Source of the DNA: Isurus oxyrinchus
Lineage: Eukaryota
Assembly (NCBI GenBank): GCA_026770705.1
Contig: JANJGN010000052.1
Coordinates: 3,410,001 to 3,474,000, forward strand
Direction of reading: 5' to 3'
DNA: 64,000 nt
Shown here: positions 26,344 through 38,300 of the stretch, one piece after another
How the letters are laid out: every line of letters starts with the position of its first letter
Numbering within the stretch: position 1 is the stretch's first letter
Program-made: the position numbers and the translations under genes
The notes under the pieces: generated by a model
The model's database searches: none
Told to the model about the DNA's origin: nothing
The model's input: only the letters and a program-made list of their open reading frames with translations

Positions 26344-29300
26344 CTGTAATAGAAACAGAAATGATCAGAGTGACAATTAGAGTGATCAGTGTTTAGTATT
26401 ATTGATCCAAATCGAAAATTCCACCCACAATAGATACATTAATTATTGATACTAAACAAGGTTTGATTATTGATACTGAACGGGGTTTGATTATTGATTG
26501 TGAATGGGGTTTGATTATTGATACTGAACGGGGTTTGATAATTGATTCTGAAGAGGGTTTGATTATTGATACTGAACGGGGTTTGATTATTGATTCTGAA
26601 TGGGGTTTGATTATTGATTCTGAACGGGGTTTGATTATTGATACTGAACGAGGTTTGATTATTAATTCTGAACGGGGTTTGATTATTGATTCTGAATGGG
26701 GTTTGAATATTGATACTGAACGGGGTTTGATTATTGATACTGAATGGGGTTTGAATATTGATTCTGAACGGGGTTTGATTATTGATACTGTACGGGGTTT
26801 CATTATTGATTCTGAACGGGGTTTGTTTATTGATTCTGAACGGGGTTTGATTATTGATTCTGAACGCGGTTTGATTATTGATTCTGAACGCGGTTTGATT
26901 ATTGATTCTGAATGGGGTTTGATTATTGATACTGAAGCGGGTTTGTTTATTGATAATGAACGGGGTGTGATTATTGATTCTGAACGGTGTTTGATTATTG
27001 ATTCTGAACAGGGTTTGATTATTGATTCTGAACGGGGTTTGATTATTGATTCTGAACAGGGTTTGATTATTGATTCTGAACGGGATTTGATTATTGATTC
27101 TGATCGGGGTTTGATTATTGATTCTGAAGGGGGTTTGATTATTGATACTGAACGGGGTTTAATTATTGATTCTGAACAGGGTTTGATTATTGATACTGAA
27201 AGGGGTTTGATTATTGATTCTGAACAGGGTTTGATTATTGATACTGAATGGGGTTTGATTATTGATTCTGAACGGGGTTTGATTATTGATACTGAACGGG
27301 GTTTGATTATTGATACTGAATGGGGTTTGATTATTGATTCTGAACAGGGTTTGATTATTGATTCTGAATGGGGTTTGATTATTGATTCTGAATGGGGTTT
27401 GATTATTGATACTGAACGGGGTGTGAATACTGATTCTGAACGGGGTTTGATTATTGATACTGAATGGGGTTTGATTATTGATATTGAATGGGTTTTGATT
27501 ATTGATTCTGAATGGGGTTTGATTATTGATTCTGAACGGGGTTTGATTATTGATTCTGAACGGGGTTTGATTATTGATTCTGAACGGGGTTTGATTATTG
27601 ATACTGTACGGGGTTTGATTATTGATACTGAATGGGGTTTGATTATTGATACTGAATGGGGTTTGATTATTGATTCTGAACGGGGTTTGATTATTGATTC
27701 TGAACGGTGTTGGGTGTGAGTTTGGTTGGGTTTGGGAGTGACTGTATAAAACGTTGCAGATACAGGACTGGAGCAGCCATATCAATAACCAGGCTACTGG
27801 AGCAGCTGAGAGGCTGGGGATCCTGTGGTGTGTGACTCACCTGATTCCTCAAAGCCCAACCACGCTCACAGTTTTCATAAACAGGACTTCGATGTTCATC
27901 AACACGATGGTTCGATTTGATTCCTGCTTTTCCCTTGCCTCTCTTCTGTAATAGAGATGGAAATGGACAGAGTGACAATCAACATGATGTGTATTCGGTG
28001 TTGGGTTTGATTACTGGGGAGAGAGTTCCAGATTTCCACTCCCCTTTGTGTGAAGAAGTGCTTCCTGACATCACCCCTGAACGGCCTGGCTCCAATCTGA
28101 AGTTCCGGCCCCCTTGTTCTGGACTCCACCCGACACCCACCACCCACCCCCACTCGAGGGAATAGCTTCTCTCTATCAACCCTATCGAGTGTTTAATCAG
28201 TTTGAACCCCTCAATTAGATCCCTCCTTAATCTTCTAGACCCGAGGGAATATAATCGTAGACTGTGTGTAACCTGTCTGCACAATTTAACCAGAAAGATG
28301 TTCTGTACAACAGACCTGAGTCTCACACCCAGATCTCAATAATCAGTAGAAATCTTTCAAAGGCATCAATCATTGGAATCTGTCTTTATAAAGTCACAAC
28401 ATCAACAAAGGACGGTGTTGGTGGTGGAAGTGAATTCCAATCGTTCTGTTACTTACCCAGGACCTGTCCGACTGCTTGCCTGGGGAGGAACTGCCCACAC
28501 GCTCTGCTTGGGCTGAATGACCTCTTCCTGTGCTGCTCCCTCTGTGTATTTAATGAGAAAGGGTTGATGTGTCACTGTGAGTCAAATGAGGAATTGGGGA
28601 ACAATTATGAAAACACTTTCATTGAAATGTAGGGCCTTAGTGTTGTGTTGTAAACAAACTGTTAACCCTTTGTGTCCTGACTCTGTGACGTGATTCCTGT
28701 GTAAAGCTGAGCAGTCGTTGAGCGAGTTTCAATTCACTGCTCAATCCAGCTGTTGAGGTGGATCTTCTGAAGCAGCAGATGTTGCTCAGCGCTCCTTAAA
28801 AATGTGCGATACTGAACAATGTGTAAGAGGACGAGAGAGAGAATGAGAAGGAGAGCATTAGTGGCGATAGGAGAGAGAGTGAATGAGAGAGAGAATGAGA
28901 AGGCGTGCATTAGTGGCAATAAGAGAGAGTGAATGAATCATGGAAAATGGAAAGAGATTGCATTCACTAACAAAAGAAAGGTTTTTATTTGTATAGCAGC
29001 ATTCACAAACTCAGGAGGTCAGAAGCTATTTTATGGTCCGGGTCAACACTGCCAGTTACAGGACTGAGTTGTGAAACAGTGAGTGTTGGATGAGATGTTA
29101 AACACTAGGTGAACATCAAAACTCTTCAGGGACTGCGAAGGGTTTTGGATTGTAAAAGGTGCTATAGAAATGCAAGTTCTTTCTATAAGGAGAGAAGTTT
29201 GAAGAAAACATTTTCAAAAACAACCAATTAAACCTTCACACTTACTTTCTCACACACTTGAAGATGAAGAATCCACTCAGTCCAACACTCAAACAGATTC

Positions 29301-32300
29301 CAGCTCCAAGCAATCCTGCTTTCCATTCATTGGAATCTCGCCCTGTAAAATCAGCCAATGAATGACTCCGGTACAGTTTGAGAATGGTTCCCTATGTACA
29401 TGTAGTAATTCTGAACTTGTGAAGTGATATTGTCTATGCATGAAAGGTCTATACAAATAACATTTATCTATGTAATATTTATTGATAATATCCATGTACA
29501 TGCAGGTTTCTATAAGGAGGATTCACATATAACAGAGGTGCCAAGCTGCTGAGGTGACACACAGGACTACATACACACCAAACAGCGGAAACAACATGCT
29601 ATAGACAGAGCAAAGCGATCCCACAACCAACGGGTCAGATCTAAGCTCTGCAGTCCTGCCACATCCAGTCATGAATGGTGATGGACAATAAGGATCTAAC
29701 AGGAGGAGGATGTTCCACAAATATCCCCATCCTTAATGATGGGGGAGCTCAGCACATCAGTGCAAACGACAAGGCTGAAGCATTGGCAACCATGTTCAGC
29801 CAGAAGTGCTGAGTGGATGATCCATCTCGGCCTCTTCCAGAGGGTCCCAGCATCACAGATGTCAGCTTTCAGACAATTCGATTGACTCCACGTGACATCA
29901 GGAATCAGCTGATGATACTGGATACAGCAAAGGCTATTGGCCCTGGCAACAACCCAGCAACAGGAAATAATGTGGCTACAAGAGCGGGTAAGAGGCTGGG
30001 AACTCTGCAGTGAGTAATTCAACTCCTGACCCCCCAAAGCCTGTCCACCATCGGACAAGGCACAAGTCAGGAGTGTGATGGAATAATCTCCACTTGGCTG
30101 GATGAGTGCAGCTCCAACAACACTCAAGAAGCTCGACACCATCCAGGAGCAGCTTGTTTGATCGACAGCCCAGCCACCAGCATAAACATTCATACCCTCC
30201 ACCACTGGCACACAATGGCAGCAGTGTGCACCATGTACAAGATGCGCTGCAGCAACTCACCAAGGCTCCTTCGACAGCACCTTCCAAACCCTTAACCTCT
30301 TCCACCAAGACAGTTCCAAGTCAGTGAGGTGTGTGACTTGGAGGCGAACTTGAGGTGGTGGTCTGCCCTGGGACTTGGAACTATATCGGCCGTTCCTTCA
30401 CCGTCTCTGGGTCAAAATCCTGGAACTCCCTCCCTAACAGCACTGTGGGTGTACCTACACCACATGGACTGCAGTGGTTAAAGAAGGCAGCTCACCACCA
30501 CCTTCTCAAGGGGCAGTTACAGATGGGCAATAATTTCTGGCCTTGTCAACAATACTCACATCCCATGAGCTAATAATAAGAGAACGTTCAATTCTGTGTA
30601 ACTCACGTTCCACAGTGATGTTTATGAATCCCTCCACTGCTCCATGTTCATTCTCTGCCACACACTGATAGTCTCCAGTGTCCCTGGATGTAACGTGAGG
30701 AATCACCAACCACAGCTCATTGTTGGAACTTGTTCTGTTCATTGGGACATTAAGATGTCGCCACGTCAGGTTAGAAGCTGGGAAGCTCTCGACAGAGCAG
30801 ATTATCACTGCAGAATTCCCCTCAATTATATTGATCGATGAAGCGTTAATCATATCAAGAGAAGTAATTGAGAGATTCTGTGGTGCATCTATAAACAAAT
30901 AAACATCAATTAAGTTACACTGACTGTGAAGCACTTTGAAAGACACTTAGAATGTGAAAGGTATGATCTCAATGTAGGTTCATTTTCACAAAGCCCGTAA
31001 TCCAGGCAGAGACTTCAGTTCAGTACTGAGGGAGTGCTGCACTGTCAGAGGGTCAGTACTGAGGGAGTGTTGCACTGTCAGAGAGTCAGTACTGAGGGAG
31101 TGCTGCACTGTCAGAGAGTCAGTACTGAGGGAGCACTGCACCGTCAGAGGTTCAGTGCTGAGGGAGTGCGGCACTGTCAGAGGGTCATTACTGAGGGAGT
31201 GCTGTACTGTTGGTGGGTAAGTACTGAGGGAGTGCTGCACTGTCAGAGAGTCAGTACTGAGGGAGTGCTGTACTGTCAGAGGTTCAGTACATAGGGACAG
31301 CTGCACTGTCTGATGGTCAGTCCAGAGGGGGTGCTGCACTGTTGGAGGATCAGAACTCGGGGGGTGCTGCAGTGTGGGAGGGCCAGTACTGAGGGAGCAC
31401 TGCACTGTTGAAGAGTCAGTACTGAGGGAGTGCTGCACTATCGAAGGTTCAGAACTGAGGGAGTGCTGCAGTGTTGGAGATTCAGTATTTAGGGACTGCT
31501 GCAGTGTCCGAGGCGAATTTGTATCAGTTAAAGACTATTGATTTGTTGCTAAACACAATGCAGTTGTGGGATCTTGCAGTGTACTATGTAGAGCTTTCTA
31601 GCTAATGTAGATGGAAGGGTGTCCGTTCTTACCTTGCACAGTTAGTACGAGGGTCCGCTCCGATGAAACAGATGGATATCTCACTCTGCAGCTGAGAGTG
31701 TGTCCGTGGTGTTTGAGTGATGGGATCAGGGTCAGAACAGAAGTATAGGTCAGAGTGACACCATGCTGAGTTACAGTGTTTGAGACTGATCCAGGTACGT
31801 CAGTGGGAGTGTCCCAGGTTAAGACAGGTGCTGCTGTTCCATTGCACGTTGTGTTGAAGGTGCAGCTTACATCCACAGGCTTTCCTGCAATAATTTCCGC
31901 AGGGAATATCGTGGGTTTATCTGTGAAATCTAACAGACAGAGAATGGATCCTTTTAGAGAAATATAACGTGAAGCATCAGTTCAAATAGAAACCACAGTC
32001 CCACAAGAGAAAGCACTTTTACAAGGATGATATCAGAACTGAGAGGTTACAATGATCAGGAGAGCATTTCCTGCTTTGACACTTTGGTGTTTCTGTCTCT
32101 CAGCTTAACACACGTTCACTCCGAGACACTTGAACTGATAATAGTGGGTGAGGGTGGAGGAGCAGACCAGAGTTTGGAGTGCACTACCCCATCATTCACT
32201 CAGCGATCTGGGCCATTTATTACTTTGCAATTTGTGGGAGCTTGCTGTGCGCAAATTGGCTGCTGTGTTTCTCACATTACAACAGTAACTACAATTCAGG

Positions 32301-35300
32301 AATCAGCTCATTGGCTGTGAAGTGATTTGGTACGTTCTGAGGTGGTGAAAGGTGCTATAGAAATGTGAATCTTTCTTCTGTCGATATGTCAGGCTTCGAG
32401 ACATTAGAGATTAGGATTAGAGAGATTGATGGGAGTGGATAACCTGATAACATTGATGGACACAGTCAATATATTTAATCATTGATATTAAAGTGAGTAT
32501 TAGAGGTTGCTTTAGGACTGAACTGGAAGCTATCACCAGGATATCGAGAATCAGACAGTGTGTTATAATAAGCTGTGTTTTGTGTTAATATGTAAACGTC
32601 ATAGTTTGTGTTATTTCCCATTGAGTGTTGAATGTGAAATGTTGAGTAATTATAACACAGCACTTACCAGAAACGTGAAGCTGGGTTACAGGGTAATAGT
32701 TATGGCTCGGAGCATTGTCAAATTCTATTCTGAAAAAATAAGGTCCTGCATCTTCCCGTCTGATGTTGTTCATAATCAGAGAACAGTCGCCATCTTTCAG
32801 GTCTCCAGACAGCCGGGTCCGATGGTGGAACTGTGGTAACTCGTGACTGTGATCTTTGGAGTGAAAGGCTATAGACAATGTTCTCCGTTCCTCATTATGA
32901 AACCAGACTCCAACTCGTGGTTGGTTTTCCAGACACGATGGATAACTGTAATGACATGGAATCTGTACACAGGAATCTTCCTGAGCTGTCACCTCTCGTG
33001 GAGTGTCACCTTTCCACTCTTGTGACAGTCCAACTGTGGAGAGAAATCTCAATATTTATCTCTGGATGTTTTGTGGATCCACTGAACCCGATATTTACAG
33101 ATGAGACAGAATTTGGAGGATGGTTAATACTGAGGAGAATGGCAACAAATTATTTTGGCAGGATGAATAGAAAAACAGAATATTATTTAAATGGAGAGAG
33201 GCTGCAGAATGCAGTACAGAGGGATCTGGGTGTCCTTGTACATGAATCACAGAAAGTCAGCATTCAGGAACACCACGGAATGAGGAAGGCAAGTGGAATG
33301 TTGGCCTTTATTGCAAAGGGATGGAGTATAAAAGGAGGGAAGTCTTGCAACAGCTGCACAGGGCGTTGGTGAGAATGTAACAGGATCATTGTGTACAGGC
33401 AGTTCAGAGAAGCTTCACTGGGCTGATTCCTGGGATTAAAGGGTTTATCCTGTGAGGAAATGTTGAGCAGGTTGGGCCTGTATCCATTGGAGTTTAGAAG
33501 AATGAGGGGTGACCTTATTGAAACATATCCGATTCCGAGGGGGCTTGACAGGGTGGATGCTGGGAGGATGTTTCCCCCTCGTGGGGGAATCTAGAACCAG
33601 GGAGCACAGTTTCGGAATGAGGACTCTCCCATTTAAGACTGAGATGAGGAGGAATTTCCTCTCTCAGAGGGGCGCTAGCCTGTGGAATTCTCTTCCCCAG
33701 AGAGCAGTGGAGGCTGGGCCATTGAATAGACTCAAGGCTGAGTGAGGCAGGTTTTTGATCGACAAGGGAGTCAAGGGTTTGGGGGACAGGCAGGAAAATG
33801 GAGTTAAGGACACCACCAGATCAGTGAGAGCAGGCTCTAGGGGCCGAATGGCCTGCTCCTGTCCCTATTTCTTATGTTCCTACATTCTTACCTTCTTAAA
33901 ATATTAAAGCTGCAGAATAAACATGCAAGTGACTGACCCGCTCGACCCACCTTCCATCTGGGGGTCCCATGGGGAGGACCCTTCCTGAGCCAGATCCACC
34001 AGCCAACATGGTCTGGATCCGAGCACTGGAGACACGGTGGGGAGTGACTAACAGGCTCCTTGTGACAGGCCCCGTCTGTCCAATGGCTGGCTTTCAGCTG
34101 CCATGGCCAGAGTGGTCCTTGCTAAAACCGGCTCAGGACAGGCCAGGACCCCTGTGCAGACCCCCTCCAGCACGGCAGCCTCTGTACAAACCCCTCATGC
34201 GCTTGTGGAGAGACACAAACAAGGCTGCACATTACCGAGGAGAATCCCCTCTACGGACTAAGGGGCTGACTCATCACCTTAAACTCAGCAAATGAGGAGG
34301 CTCTCGCTCGGTATCAGGGCTTGGCATTGGCTCAATAAAAATAATCAAATTACATTTTGGTCAGAAATCTAAGGATGTTGTACATTCCCTCAAAAATAAG
34401 ACTCAAGGCTGAAGGCACAACTGCCGATGTTGGAGTTTTGGGATCGGGGGATGGTCAAGAGGCTTGGATTGGAGGAGCGCAGAGACCTCATATGGTTGGA
34501 GTGACTGGAGGAGGTTACAGAGATAGGAAGTGTTGTACGGTCTGAAAAAGTTAAGAGAGATTGGGAGAGTGTAGGGTCTGGAGGAGATTACAGAGACAGT
34601 GAGGGTTGTAGTGATTAGAGGAGTTACAGAGATAGGGAGGGTTGTAGCGGCTGGAAAAGTTAAGAGAGATTGGGAGAGTGTAGGGTCTGGAGGAGTTTGC
34701 AGAGGTAGGGAGGGTTGTAGTGACTGGGGCAGGTTACAGGGGCAGGGAAAGTTGTCGGGACTGGAGCAGGCTACAGAGATACGGAAGCTTTTAGGGGCAG
34801 GAGGAAGTTACAGAAATAGGGAGGGTTGTAGTGGCTGGAGGAGGTTGCAGAGATTGGTAGGTTTGTTTTGGCAGGATGAATTTACAGCTATAGGGAAGTG
34901 GTAGAGAATTGAAGAGGTTACAGAGAATGGGATGATTGTAGATACTGGAGGAGGACGAGGAGATTACAGGGATAATGAGGAAACAAAGATGAAAATTTGG
35001 ACATTGAGACTTTGCTTGACCAGGAGCCAGTCTCGGTCATCGAGCAGAGCGGGTGATAAGGGAACGGGACTTGGTGTGAGTAAGGACGTGGTCAGCAGTT
35101 TTGGATGGCCTCAAGTTTATGGAGTGTAGAGCATGTGTTGGAACAGTCGAGTGTGGAGGTAATGAAGGTGTGGATGAGGGTTTCAGCAGCAGATGAGCTG
35201 AGACAGGGTGATGTCGTGCGATGTTACGGAGGTGGAAATAGACGGTGTTAGTGAGGGCGCAAATATGAGGCCGGAAGCTCATCTCAGGATCAAATGGGAC

Positions 35301-38300
35301 AACAAAGCTGTGAACAGATTGGCTTCAATCTCAGAGAGCTGTCAGGGAGATGAATGGAGTTGGTAGCGAGGGAACAGAGTTTGGAGCGGGGAATGAAGAC
35401 AATGGCTTCAGTCTTTCCAATATTTAATTGGAGGGAATTTCTGCCCATCCAGTACTGGATGTCGGATAAGCAGCCTGAAAATAAGCAGCAGTGGAGGAGT
35501 CGAGAGAGGTGGTGGTGAGGTAGAGCTGGGCATCCTCAGTGGACAGGTGAAAACTAACACTGTTCAGATGATGCTGCAAAGCCATTGCAAGTGATTCTCT
35601 GGCTACGATGAGATGGATAAGAATGGAGCCAGGGGAGAGCAGTCCCACCCAGCTGGACGACAGTGGAGAGGTGTTTGAGGAGGATGGTGTGGTCGAGCGT
35701 GTCAAAGGCTGCAGACAGATCGAGAAGGACGAGGAGGGAAAGTTGACCTTTGTCACAGTCACACAGGATGCCATTTGTGACCTTGATAAGAGCTGTTTCA
35801 GCACAGTGGCTGGGGTGGGAACCTGATTGGAGGGATTCAAACATGGAGATCCGGGAAAGATGGGAACGGATTCGGGAGATGGAAACACGTTCAAGGACTT
35901 TGGAGGGGAAAGAGAGGCTGGAGATGGGACGGGGGTTTACACGGACAGTGTGAGGGGTGAAAGGTGTAGTGGGGAGGAGATACTTCACTCAGGGGGGAGG
36001 TGTCATCACCCCTCAGCTCGGTTTACGTTACAGCTATGATGTGGATTCAATCACACACAATAAGCTCATGGATCTGGGAGCAGAAATAGACAAATCATTA
36101 AAAATAGTGACGCTGGTTAACACGGCCAAAAAACAAGCAAATCAAACACTATTATTTCCCATTGAGTGTTGGATGTGAATTGGTGAGTAATTATAACACA
36201 GCACTTACCAGAAACGTGAAGCTGGGTTACAGGGGAAACGTTCTGGCTCGGACGATTGCCAAATTTTATCGTGAAAAAATAAGGTCCTGCATCTTCCCGT
36301 CTGATGTTGTTTATAATCAGGGAACAGTCGCCATCTTTCAGGTCTCCAGACAGCCGGGTCCGATGGCGGAACCGTGGTAACTCGTGACTGTGTCCCTTGG
36401 AGTGAAAGGCTATAGACCATTTAGACCATTTGTTCCGTATGTACCTTCTCATTTTCCAGATTCCGACATGTGGTTTCTTTACCAAATCTGATGGATAACT
36501 GTAATGACATGGAATCTGTACACACAAACCTTCCTGCGCTGTCACCTCTCGTGGAGTATCACCTTTCCACTCTTGTGACAATCCAACTGGGGAGAGAAAT
36601 ATCAATATTTAACTCTGGATGTTTTGTTGATCCACTAGACTCGATATCCACCCCCTCCATCACTCGGGCACAGTGGCTGCAGTGTGGACCATCTACAGGA
36701 CACACAATGAACTCCACAAGATATCACACCAGATGGAAGAGAATCCTGGACACAAAAGCGGAAAAGTCCATTCTACATTGGTTCATGGTCCTCAGGACCC
36801 TGTTTGTGCAGAAGTCTGCTCTCCAACAGAACTGAAGTTGGGACAATGCATTTGGAATTCCACTGTCCGGGGCATTGGGTTAACTTGCTGATTTTGTTTT
36901 AAATCTAACATCTATTTTTGGTCTGTTGCCTTTAAGGGACAGTAACTGGGAGTCAGGTTAATTAGGAATTTTAGGAGTTATGATAGCAGTCTTGTAGTTA
37001 CGTATGTGCTTGAAATCCTTTATTTTGATGACAAATATGTTAATTTATTGTTTTAAATCTCTAAAGGTATTGGTGGAGTTATTGCTTCTGGATTAAGTGC
37101 ACACATCTCATAATAAATACAAATTGCAAAATCATTATGATAGTGTGACCACCTTTCTCTCAGGGACTTGGTCTGCCTAGCACACATCACCTGCCAAGTG
37201 ATAACACTGTTGTAATATGCCTTTCAGGGACAGCAGCATGACATCACTCGAGGGGAAGTGTGTCTTGTGATTTTTAGGAACTGGTGTTCGCTTAAGTAAG
37301 TTCTATGTGTATTTGTGTGCGTTAGGCAAAAGGTCTATCTTTAAGTTCAAGTTTAGTTTGTATTTCTATATTTGGGTGTTGAGAAAAGGGGGAACTTGAG
37401 TTAAAAAGAAGCCAGCATTCCATTGAGGTTTTATGACTGTCGAAGGGAAGTCAAAACAAATACAAGGTGTAAGAAACTGTGCTGTTGCCTAGCAACAGTG
37501 ATCCAGAGGGAAGGACCCACAGAGACAGAGAAAAACAGAAAAGTACTTTCAGTTCTGTTGAAAGGAGTTGCCAGGAGAAGCAGCAAAGGAGCGGGACAGA
37601 TAGTCAGTCCCAAAGTAAAGAAGAAGCCAAAACCATCGAGTGGAACAGGAGAAAGGGCCCAAGAAAACCTTCTCGTCAAATCTGGAAAAGGCCCTGTTAA
37701 GTGAAGTTAAGAGTGAGGAGCAGAAGAAGGCTCCAAACATAAAGGGAGAAAGCAGCAGGACACAGGCCTAAAGCAAAATAGGCTTGTGAGAAGCCAGAAG
37801 ATCCTAGGAGACACCACAGGTTGGTGACTCATTACTATGGCCATGTGAAGCCATGGTGTTCCATTGACACGGCCGAGCATTGGAGAGACAGGGCGTGGAA
37901 GGAAGGCTGAATGCACGTGGCGATCCAGGGGGCAGGAACATGGGAAGGAGAGTTTGAAATAGTGAAAGTGGTCCCGTGTGGAAGGTGTCTGAGTGAAAGT
38001 GTCATGTTGGAGAAGATTCCAAAGTGAGTTCTTGCAGAGTGGAGATTGGAAACTCTCATATGAAAGAAGCTTTTCAGTGAGACTGGTTGGCTCACAGTGC
38101 AACAAGCGTCTGGGGACAGATGAGACATAAAAGTTGTTTCAAGTGGGCTCTGCCACTTGCTTTCAGAATGTTGTGTCCCTGACCACAGGTCGTCTATTGG
38201 TTTACACGGACTGTGTACTTAGTGTGAACATGAGAATATAAGATAGTTATCGTAATTTGTGTTCTACTTATGTATCTGTAAAGGTATAGGTCTGGGTGAA

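Noticed and set aside
26463-27719. 418-aa ORF of GLIIDSER repeats (and 48184-48609)
   Set aside because: Translation of a 24-bp intronic minisatellite, antisense to the host gene; open only because the unit length is a multiple of 3.
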